Source: Amoebidium appalachense (lineage: Eukaryota > Protista > Ichthyosporea). Taken from it: a stretch of DNA of 64,000 nt. The stretch lies in NCBI GenBank assembly GCA_963693365.1, contig CAVNZM010000004.1, forward strand, positions 13,824,524-13,888,523, written 5' to 3'. The number at the start of each line of letters is the position of its first letter. Within the stretch, counting starts at the first letter, position 1. The translations under genes and the position numbers were made by a program. This document shows positions 33,544-42,572 of this stretch, one piece after another. The notes under the pieces were generated by a model, which was given only the letters and a program-made list of their open reading frames with translations, made no database searches and was not told the origin of the DNA.

Positions 33544-34320
33544 TCAATCGTCATAGCCCCATAACTCCCACGCCTGGAGTGGCACGCCAGTCGCAGGATC
33601 TATAAAAATAACATCATTTAAACCCGCTGCGCTATATTGGTCAGCGTTGAGAAGGGCTGCCAAGGTAGGTTCGCCGGGCTGCACCATAATCTGTTCTTGC
33701 TCGCTCACTGACAATTTGAGCTGAAAAAGGGTTTGTGGGTCAGGCCCGTCCGTATGTGTTTTCTTGTGCAATAGGCGTGTTTTGTGTACGTACACGGTGG
33801 TGTCAAAGCACGTTCTCAGGGTGATGTAGTTCTCCCTCACCCACCAGTCCTTCGACCGGGTGCGTTGCAGCTTAAACACCTCATTTGTTCCACAACTCTC
33901 AGACGTAGTGATGGGCTCGCGCACATCCACATACTTTAATATATGCCGAACCACCAAGGTAGGCAGGCCCAGTCTCCGCCACAGCACTATCCAGGCCGCT
34001 ACCGCCTCTGGCGTTGGACCCTTAGACTGCAGTGAGGGGGCAGACAGGTACCGTCCTGTGCCCACCTCTCGGAACCCCACCCCTCCCTCCTTGCGCTCAA
34101 CAACAAACTCGGTTCCCGTGTGTGCCTGCCACGTGCACAGTGCCCCCTCTTCACTGAGAGATACGTGGCCGCCTCGGCACGAGTCCAGCCACACCGTGCT
34201 GCTCCCAGCAAACTGCAGGTGGCACTGCTCGCGTGCTGTCAGTTGGTGTGAGGGCATAGTGGTCGGTGCCTGCACACGGGCCAAAAGGCACTGAAAGGAG
34301 GTGGGTTGACTGTAGGGCAT
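33544..34320 (-). CDS. Intronless fascin-like (beta-trefoil, actin-crosslinking-like) domain protein
   Basis: Open, non-repetitive ORF. Three trefoil-like repeats: VWLDSCRGGHVSL..EFVVE, VGFREVGTGRYLSA..NEVFKL and ITLRTCFDTTVYV..QTLFQL. The start could be ATG 34320 or ATG 34257. Confidence 0.6.
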   Translation of the reverse strand: MPYSQPTSFQCLLARVQAPTTMPSHQLTAREQCHLQFAGSSTVWLDSCRGGHVSLSEEGALCTWQAHTGTEFVVERKEGGVGFREVGTGRYLSAPSLQSKGPTPEAVAAWIVLWRRLGLPTLVVRHILKYVDVREPITTSESCGTNEVFKLQRTRSKDWWVRENYITLRTCFDTTVYVHKTRLLHKKTHTDGPDPQTLFQLKLSVSEQEQIMVQPGEPTLAALLNADQYSAAGLNDVIFIDPATGVPLQAWELWGYDD

Positions 34321-34430
34321 GCAGTGCAGGCTTGCCCTGGACCTTCCTGTATTCACTGTTTCATGTGCCCTTGTGACTTATAAGGGCACACTCGTTTCCC
34401 AGACGACGCCATGGATCAGTCTTGCGCCAG

Positions 34431-34449
34431 TGACGTCATCATGACGTCA
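34431..34449. promoter_or_regulatory. Tandem CRE/ATF-type sites (TGACGTCA x2) upstream of the fascin-like ORF
   Basis: Perfect TGACGTCA at 34431-34438 and 34442-34449, with a TATA-like TTATAA at ~34378-34383 between them and the ORF. Confidence 0.5.
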
Positions 34450-34906
34450 TTGAAACCCAATCATTTTGTGCCTGATTTTTTGCCTAAATATGGGGCTATT
34501 GCCTTTTTTTAACATCGAGAGACCCCCCCCCCCCCCCCCCCCCCCCCTCGGCCCCCGAATATGTTGTACACTTCAAGTGTTTGTACATACCTCTAGTATT
34601 TGCTGAGTAGTTTGTATTTTTTGGAGGGTGTACTATAGTATCAGCATACTAGGCTACACAATCTGATATGGTTATAATTATGTGGCCAATGCAGATCTGT
34701 ATCCACTGTATACAGTCAAAATCAAACGGTCACGTGATATGGGCGCCGGGCTGAGTGACTTTGACGCATGCATATGCCACGTATGTATGATATACCTGCC
34801 ACAGCCAACAAAGCTCTGATGCACAGTAGAGTAGATAAGCATGGTGCTTGTGTGTGTGTGAGTGAGCACGTGTGTGTATATGCAAGAGGTGTGTGTGTGT
34901 GTGTGT

Positions 34907-34949
<43 letters not shown>

Positions 34950-34952
34950 GGG

Positions 34953-35717
34953 TGTTGGAGTACACTGGTACTCCCGGCTAGCAATGTCTGTTAGAGAAAG
35001 TTTCTGAGCAATTGAATAACTGTTTCAACACTCACTCGAGTGCATAGAGCTTTTGTTTACGGTCATATTCATATATGGTAGTTATATGTTTGAGCCAAAA
35101 CTGTACCAATGACGAGCTTCACTAGCAACGTGCTAATTGTGCTCATTAATTAATATTCCCGGTTCAGATGATGTCATGTCTATATTTGCCACAGGATTCT
35201 ATTCTTAGAGTGGTAGTGTGCTTTATTCCCGGATATTCTCAGAATATTTTTAGTTGTGTGAAGCAAGATTTACGTTTAACTGCAATTGGTGTGTTAAACA
35301 CGTTTATTTGTGTGCTTTAGTGCAAGTTAACTAGCCACTCAACGTGCACAGTTAACTTTTATATCTTTAACGACTTGTTTTCATTGTGCTCTCTTTTCGG
35401 CCATGCTGTACATGGCCCACCACCAGGGTGCACACGAGGCCACCATGAGGTGGCCAACGACTATATAAAGCAGTGCCTCCCATGTCACAAACATGGGAAG
35501 CAGAACGTTTGATTTACACTTTTCTACTGTCGTTTCCAGTGCACAAAACACATAGACTAGTTACCCATCATACACGACACTATGTCTGACAACTTACAGT
35601 TGCAGCAACTAGTCCAACTACTGGAGCAGAGGTTGGCCTCACAAGATGCAATCATTTCTGACTTACAGAAGGAACAACGTGCACTAGAACTAGCTTCTAT
35701 GAACACAATGTCCAACA
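34953..35717 (+). repeat. 5' LTR
   Basis: TGTTGGAG...TCCAACA with terminal inverted repeat TGTTGGA/TCCAACA and TATATAAA at ~35462. No differences from the 3' LTR were seen by eye. Confidence 0.97.
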
Positions 35718-36790
35718 GGGTTATGGGCCCCTCACGTAATGATTCCATCAAGTTCAAGGTCGACATCCCTCTCTTCACTGGCATTGATAATGATTCAGGC
35801 ACGGACTACCACACATGGGCCGAAACCATGTATGTCCAGCTTTCTGGTGCTGGTCTTCTCCACACCATCGCGCCCAGTACGGAGCACCCGGCTACCCGTG
35901 AACAGGTCGACACTGCCCGTTCCTACCTGTGGCAAGCACTCTCGGTTGACGTGCGTTGTATCCTAGGGTTAACACGCACCACCACACCTGCGGAGATATG
36001 GTCGGCCCTATCTGCCCACTACCTGGAGCAATCTGAGGCCAATCAGTACGACCTTATCGGGCTGTACATGAATTCTACGCCTGAACCTACGGACACCGCG
36101 ACGAAATACGCCATGAAACTCCGCGGCTACGTGCGGCGCCTGGCCGATTACGGCACACAAATTGGTGATGCTCAAGTGCTGACCAAGCTCACCAACGACC
36201 TCGGCAAGGTGCCTTACTACGAAATGCCTGTAATTGCCTACAAGATGACACCCAAGCCTACCGTGATGGGCCTCCTCCAACAGCTACGGGCATATGAGAC
36301 CAGCCACCCACGTGCACGTGTGACTACCAGCTCCGGGCCGGCCGCCTTCACCACACGGGCTCCTCAACCTGTCATCTGCCACGGCTGCGGCAAACCAGGC
36401 CACATCAAGTCTCAGTGCCCCAACGGCAACGGCCAACACAGCAACTCTGGCAACAACCGTGCCAGCACCTACCCCAAGGGTTCCTGCGTCAACCACCCAC
36501 TGTCTACCAGTCACACTACCGCCATGTGCAAGGGGGGCAACCGTGCCAACGGCCGCAAACCTAAGGGTGGTCCCCTCCCGCCTGGGTCCTGCATCAACCA
36601 CCCTGCCTCTACTACCCACACTACGGCACAGTGCAAGGGGGGGCTGCCGCTCCCCGGGCTTTCCTCATGTCTAGCAACGACTGTGGCACCAACAAGGTGC
36701 TCCTCGACTCTGGAGCCACTGACCATGTGTGCCCCCGGCCCGATGTGTTCATCAACATGCGTGCGGCGCCTTACTCCACGGTCCAAGTAG
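35582..36790 (+). CDS. gag: Copia Gag (ATG lies inside the LTR)
   Basis: Coiled-coil-like N-terminus, FTG..DYHTWA copia gag motif, CCHC knuckle CHGCGKPGHIKSQC and two CxxHx5Hx4C repeats. Confidence 0.9.
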   Translation: MSDNLQLQQLVQLLEQRLASQDAIISDLQKEQRALELASMNTMSNRVMGPSRNDSIKFKVDIPLFTGIDNDSGTDYHTWAETMYVQLSGAGLLHTIAPSTEHPATREQVDTARSYLWQALSVDVRCILGLTRTTTPAEIWSALSAHYLEQSEANQYDLIGLYMNSTPEPTDTATKYAMKLRGYVRRLADYGTQIGDAQVLTKLTNDLGKVPYYEMPVIAYKMTPKPTVMGLLQQLRAYETSHPRARVTTSSGPAAFTTRAPQPVICHGCGKPGHIKSQCPNGNGQHSNSGNNRASTYPKGSCVNHPLSTSHTTAMCKGGNRANGRKPKGGPLPPGSCINHPASTTHTTAQCKGGLPLPGLSSCLATTVAPTRCSSTLEPLTMCAPGPMCSSTCVRRLTPRSK

Positions 36791-39700
36791 CCGACAAGGG
36801 TGCATGTGCAGTGCTTGGGGTGGGCGACGTGTTCTTTTCCAGCACCATCGACGGCGTTACTGCGGTGCATCAGCTGACGGATGTACTCTACGTGCCCTCC
36901 ATCCCCGACACTCTCATCAGTGTGTTCACGGCAACTACCAACGGTGTTTTACCCCGCTTTGACACCCGCGGCGGCGTTAAGTTGTGCTACGGCGATCAAA
37001 TTCTGGCCACCGGCTCGGCTGTCGGCACCAAGCTGTACCACATGGCGGTGTCTCTTCTGCGCGCGGACACAACCCCGGACGCCCAAACCACCACTGCTCC
37101 GCGTATCCTCAAGGTTACTGCCGACCTCAACACGTGGCACTACCGTCTGGGCCATGCTGGCATTGACGCTGTACGCTCGGTCATCAAGTCTGCAGGCCTG
37201 TTGGTGGGTGGCGGTGCCAAGTCTCCGGGTGTGTGTGAGCCCTGTGCCCTCGGCAAAGCCCACCGTGTTGCCTTCTCCGAATCAACTAGCCAAGCTCCCC
37301 GGGTCCTAGCCAAGGTTCACAGCGACATCAGCGGCCCCTTCCCTCCCGCGATCGGTGGTGCTCAGTACTTGGCGACGTTCCACGACGAATTCACCGGCCA
37401 CACCACGGCCGTGCCCCTCGTCAAGAAGTCGGACACACTGGCTGCATATGTGACGTACCACAAGGCGGCGGTTACCCAACACGGTGTTCCCATGCAGGTG
37501 TTTCAGTCCGACGGGGGGGGCGAGTACATGGGCACGGCCTTCGGGGACTACAACCGTGAGCATGGCATTCGCCATCAGATCACTACCACCGGCTCTCCTC
37601 AACAGAATGGGACTGCCGAACGACTGAACCGGACCCTCCTCGACATGGTTCGGGCACTCCTGCAGCAGTCCGGCCTTCCGGTGGGATTCTGGGCCGAGGC
37701 AGCTGTGACCGCGGCTTTTATACGCAACATGCTCCCGTCGCGAGCCACCGGCAGCCAATCGTCTCCCGCCCTGCTGTGGACCGGCATTCCTCCCGACTAC
37801 AGCCGGCTCCGTGTCTGGGGCTCTCCCTGCTACGTCCATCAACAGGATACACCGAAACTGGCGCCTCGTGCCGTCAAGGGCATCTTCGTGGGCTACCCTC
37901 CTAACATCAAGGGCTACAAGGTCTGGATTCCAGCAGCACACAAGATGACCGTCAGCCGTGACGTGCAGTTCGACGAGGCTGCTATTCTGCACCCCCTCCG
38001 TGATGTCCCATCTGATTGGTCGACCGCACCGGCAATTCATCATTTTTTGGAGTCATCTGATTCGTCAAATCAGCCAGCCAATCACATCGTCCGGAATGAT
38101 CAGCAATCTGATTCGTCTCGTCTGTCAGCCAATGGGACAGCGCCGAGTGATCAATTGGACATTCCGATCCTGCCCGAGCCTGCACATCGGCTCCCCCGGA
38201 CGACCCGTAGTGGCGCTGTGTACAACGACCAACGTCGAGGCCCGACTGCCAACGTGGCTGCTGCTACGGCCCCCCTTGCCCCCCAGGCTACGGCTCCTGC
38301 ATCAACACCCATCAAGGCTTCCACCATTGTTGTCCCCAAGACTGTCCGGGCTGCACTCAAGAGTCCCCAGCGTCTGAAATGGGAGGAGGCTGCACACCGT
38401 GAGCTCAAGGCCCTGGAAGACAACGGCACCTTCACCCTTGTGCCCCGTCCAGAGGATGGCTCCACTGTCATTCCGGTCGGCTGGGTCTTTACGGTCAAGC
38501 AGGACAACGTCGGCAACGTCACTGCTTTCAAGGCCCGGCTTGTGGCCCGGGGCAACTACCAGCAGCCTGGCCAGGACTATTTCGTCACCGAGTCACCTGT
38601 GGCTGCGCTGGCTACCATCCGGCTGGTTTTGGCTACCTCCGTGGCCCAAGGTCTGCCTCTGCGCCACATCGACGTCAACACAGCATTCCTCAACGGCACC
38701 GTCAACGAGACCATCTACATTGAGCAGCCCCCTGGCTTCGTCAACCCCTCGGCCCCCCATGCTGTCGGCTTGCTCCACAAGGCGCTCTACGGCCTAAAAC
38801 AGGCACCGCGCCAGTGGTATGAGGCCCTCCGTGACCATCTCCTCGACCAAGGCTTCATTGTGAGTGCTGCTGACCCGTGCCTGTTCATCAAGAATGCCGG
38901 GACCCCAACATTTATTGCCCTTGCTGCCTACGTGGATGACTTCACCGTGACGGCCGCCACTGATGCGCTCATCGACGATTTTTTCACCAAGCTGGATGCT
39001 CGTTTCTCTGCCAAGGACCTGGGTCGTCCTACCCTGCTCATCGGGCACACTCTTACCTGGCTGGAGGACGGGTCTCTGCGTCTGGGCCATCGTCAACACA
39101 TCATCGACTTGGCTGCCCGTTTTCGTCTCACCCACATGTCCGGCACCAAGACCCCCATCGTCCCGGGCCAGGCCAGTGAAAGCAACAAGACCCCAGCCTA
39201 CAGCAAGAAGGAGGACTATGCCAGCCTGGTCGGTGCCCTGCTGTGGATTGCGCGTACCACCCGCCCCGACATTTCCCAGGCTCTGGGAGTCCTTACTCGA
39301 CACATTCATGCGCCCACCGTCACCCACTGGACTATGGCTACCAGAGTTGTAAGCTACCTGCTGGCCACCATCGACCTGGGTATTGTCTACCGTCCCGGCC
39401 CCCCCAACCTTGTTGGCTACTCCGACTCCGACTACGCCGAGGACCGCGACACCCGGCGCTCCACCACGGGCTATGTCTTCTTCATAAACTCCTCCCCTGT
39501 GTCCTGGGTGTCTCGGCTCCAGTCCATCACCACCCACAGCTCCACTGAGGCTGAATTTGTGGCCATGTCTGCTGCTACGAACGAGGCCCTATGGCTCAAC
39601 TATGTGATGGACGACCTGGGCCTTAATCCTATCAATGAGCCCACCCCGGTGCCCATCCATGGGGACAATGAGTCTGCCCGGGCCCTGCTGGACACCCTGG

Positions 39701-39879
39701 GGGTTAAGCCCAAGACCAAGCACATCGACGTCCGCTACTGCTCCGTCAAGGAACATCACCTGCTGGGCAACATCACTGTGGTCCCGGTGGCTTCTGCTGA
39801 CAACAAGGCCGACATGTTCACCAAGGCCCTGTCTGCCTCTTTCTTCACCAAGGCCGTGGGGATGCTCAACATGTGCTGA
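36631..39879 (+). CDS. pol: Copia Pol (protease, integrase, reverse transcriptase, RNase H), in the -1 frame relative to gag
   Basis: LLDSGATDH protease; WHYRLGH..CEPC zinc finger; HSDISGP / SDGGGEY / PQQNGTAER DDE integrase; FKARLVARG, LYGLKQAPRQW and YVDD RT motifs; YSDSDYA, SSTEAEF and KHIDVRY RNase H motifs. Confidence 0.97.
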   Translation: MQGGAAAPRAFLMSSNDCGTNKVLLDSGATDHVCPRPDVFINMRAAPYSTVQVADKGACAVLGVGDVFFSSTIDGVTAVHQLTDVLYVPSIPDTLISVFTATTNGVLPRFDTRGGVKLCYGDQILATGSAVGTKLYHMAVSLLRADTTPDAQTTTAPRILKVTADLNTWHYRLGHAGIDAVRSVIKSAGLLVGGGAKSPGVCEPCALGKAHRVAFSESTSQAPRVLAKVHSDISGPFPPAIGGAQYLATFHDEFTGHTTAVPLVKKSDTLAAYVTYHKAAVTQHGVPMQVFQSDGGGEYMGTAFGDYNREHGIRHQITTTGSPQQNGTAERLNRTLLDMVRALLQQSGLPVGFWAEAAVTAAFIRNMLPSRATGSQSSPALLWTGIPPDYSRLRVWGSPCYVHQQDTPKLAPRAVKGIFVGYPPNIKGYKVWIPAAHKMTVSRDVQFDEAAILHPLRDVPSDWSTAPAIHHFLESSDSSNQPANHIVRNDQQSDSSRLSANGTAPSDQLDIPILPEPAHRLPRTTRSGAVYNDQRRGPTANVAAATAPLAPQATAPASTPIKASTIVVPKTVRAALKSPQRLKWEEAAHRELKALEDNGTFTLVPRPEDGSTVIPVGWVFTVKQDNVGNVTAFKARLVARGNYQQPGQDYFVTESPVAALATIRLVLATSVAQGLPLRHIDVNTAFLNGTVNETIYIEQPPGFVNPSAPHAVGLLHKALYGLKQAPRQWYEALRDHLLDQGFIVSAADPCLFIKNAGTPTFIALAAYVDDFTVTAATDALIDDFFTKLDARFSAKDLGRPTLLIGHTLTWLEDGSLRLGHRQHIIDLAARFRLTHMSGTKTPIVPGQASESNKTPAYSKKEDYASLVGALLWIARTTRPDISQALGVLTRHIHAPTVTHWTMATRVVSYLLATIDLGIVYRPGPPNLVGYSDSDYAEDRDTRRSTTGYVFFINSSPVSWVSRLQSITTHSSTEAEFVAMSAATNEALWLNYVMDDLGLNPINEPTPVPIHGDNESARALLDTLGVKPKTKHIDVRYCSVKEHHLLGNITVVPVASADNKADMFTKALSASFFTKAVGMLNMC

Positions 39880-40065
39880 GCACCCGTCATCAACCAACTG
39901 CGCCCTCATACTTCAGGGGGGGGGAGAGAGTTGCATCCGACTGTGCAACTACGTGTACCATACTAAAATTGAGTAGGGGAATCTTTATTGTCTGTATTTT
40001 GTGCACCTGAAGCACTCGAGCTCAGTTGCATTAATTCATACCACAATTATCCAATTGAGTAGGGG

Positions 40066-40830
40066 TGTTGGAGTACACTGGTACTCCCGGCTAGCAATGT
40101 CTGTTAGAGAAAGTTTCTGAGCAATTGAATAACTGTTTCAACACTCACTCGAGTGCATAGAGCTTTTGTTTACGGTCATATTCATATATGGTAGTTATAT
40201 GTTTGAGCCAAAACTGTACCAATGACGAGCTTCACTAGCAACGTGCTAATTGTGCTCATTAATTAATATTCCCGGTTCAGATGATGTCATGTCTATATTT
40301 GCCACAGGATTCTATTCTTAGAGTGGTAGTGTGCTTTATTCCCGGATATTCTCAGAATATTTTTAGTTGTGTGAAGCAAGATTTACGTTTAACTGCAATT
40401 GGTGTGTTAAACACGTTTATTTGTGTGCTTTAGTGCAAGTTAACTAGCCACTCAACGTGCACAGTTAACTTTTATATCTTTAACGACTTGTTTTCATTGT
40501 GCTCTCTTTTCGGCCATGCTGTACATGGCCCACCACCAGGGTGCACACGAGGCCACCATGAGGTGGCCAACGACTATATAAAGCAGTGCCTCCCATGTCA
40601 CAAACATGGGAAGCAGAACGTTTGATTTACACTTTTCTACTGTCGTTTCCAGTGCACAAAACACATAGACTAGTTACCCATCATACACGACACTATGTCT
40701 GACAACTTACAGTTGCAGCAACTAGTCCAACTACTGGAGCAGAGGTTGGCCTCACAAGATGCAATCATTTCTGACTTACAGAAGGAACAACGTGCACTAG
40801 AACTAGCTTCTATGAACACAATGTCCAACA
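40066..40830 (+). repeat. 3' LTR
   Basis: Copy of 34953-35717. Confidence 0.97.
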
Positions 40831-41278
40831 CGGGGGTCCGAAGGGTGACCCCAATACCTGTAAATTTACAGGTAGAAGAAGGCCGTCAAAAGGATATCAA
40901 TGAACACATCATAATGAGTGGACCAGCCACCACTGCCGTGCTTCGTCTATTAACAAAGGCACCGCAATTTTCAAATACGAATCGTTCTTTAAATTTGGAT
41001 GATCCAATGGGACAGCAAAGATGTCACGTGACACCACAAACATCCAATCATCGCAAGCCAAATCATGCAATTCCATCACTGCTGTACATGCCTAGTCACC
41101 TATGCCAAGCAAGCCATAATCCCAACACACAGGCAGCATGCTTTACACTGATCAATATTATCAGTAGCAAAAACGAACATCACACACCTGACCTGCAACT
41201 CAAAACAGCAACGGCATCTCCCCCAGAATCCGCTAAAAACCCACCAACTTTCCATGGGCCCAGAGGCCCTCGCACGTG

Positions 41279-41553
41279 CTATGGTCCAGGTGCAGGTGCG
41301 GGTGTGTGCCAATCATACTTGTCATAGACGTCAAAGAAGAGCCGCTTGCAGGGGATGTTTGCCCCCAGTTTGGCGCACAGAAGGAAGGCCCCCGACAGCT
41401 TGCGGTGGAGAGAGTAGGTCTCTGTGAGCCAGGTGGTTAGCAACATGAACATCCCCGCCAATCCTCTCGATTGTCAAGTACGAGAATGCTGGGGGAGGGG
41501 ATGGGAAGGAGAGGGTGGGCGGGAAGATAACGGCTAAGGGGTCCGAGAAGGAA

Positions 41554-41598
<45 letters not shown>

Positions 41599-42538
41599 AC
41601 CAGGACAGTAAACGGAAGGGGCCGACTCTCGTTAGTCGATCTTTGTCTGCTTTTTCAGCTCTCCTTCTCACATTAGTTTCTCTCCCCCTCTCCTTCCCCC
41701 CCCCCCCCCCCCCCCCCCCCCAAAACACCCCCCCCCCCCCCCCTCCCCCCCTCCCTTCTAGCCATTCACTCTGTTATCCCCTTCCCTTTTTCCCCCACCC
41801 AGCCCCCCCACACCCCAGCCCTTTCTCTAAAAATTGTACTTCCCGATTTGAAAGGCAAGACCAGGGGATTATGGGCAAATCTTGCGTGAGGTGGTGTATA
41901 AGGAAAGACCCCCGGGCCGGCGGGAAGGGGGGGAGGGAGCGTTGGTATACGGAAGAGAAAAAGTATTGAACAAAGGGAACAGGGTGTTGGTAGGTGTGTA
42001 TCGGCTTGTATGTGTGGGTCTTTGCATTTCTTAAAGGGGGGAGGGGGGGGGGGGGGGATCTAATTGTACCCTGAGGCGGGGGTTTTAGCCTGTGCTTGAG
42101 CATGACGGGAATCAGCTTGTGGATGCGCTGGGTCACATGCTGCTTGGAGAAGTCAAACGGCCCATCCATGTTGAAGGGCTCCCCTGCACGCACACACCAT
42201 GCATGAGTGGCCATGCATGCACTCGTTCTTATCATGCAATGCTAGCGCCGACCTACTACCACAATAAAGCACACCCCCCTCTCCCCGGGCAAACGTACCA
42301 ATAAACTACCACAGGCAGAATTGATCACAGAGCAGACAAAAGCCCGAAAGGACGGCAAGGAAGGGGCCACCACACGACCAAGGCGGGGAGAAAAGGGGGG
42401 ACTGGGAGGGGGGGAGGAGGGGGGAGGGGGGGGGGGGGGGGGGGAGCGGGAGGGGGAGAGGGCAGTAGGGCGCTACTCACCAAGGATCAGAACAGCCTCG
42501 GCATGAGCGTCAAGCATCATCTGTGAGGCACACGTGGT

Positions 42539-42572
<34 letters not shown>

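Larger units (their letters stand above)
34953..40830 (+). mobile_element. Full-length Ty1/copia LTR retrotransposon, recent insertion
   Basis: 765-bp LTRs with TG...CA ends. PBS GGTTATGGGCCC follows the 5' LTR and a PPT (GAGTAGGGG) precedes the 3' LTR. Domain order is gag-PR-IN-RT-RH. Flanks (C)CGGG and CGGG(G) fit a 4-5 bp TSD. Confidence 0.98.

Noticed and set aside
37306-39537. 245-247 aa antisense ORFs inside pol
   Set aside because: Shadow ORFs expected from GC-rich codon usage on the coding strand, with no recognisable motifs.
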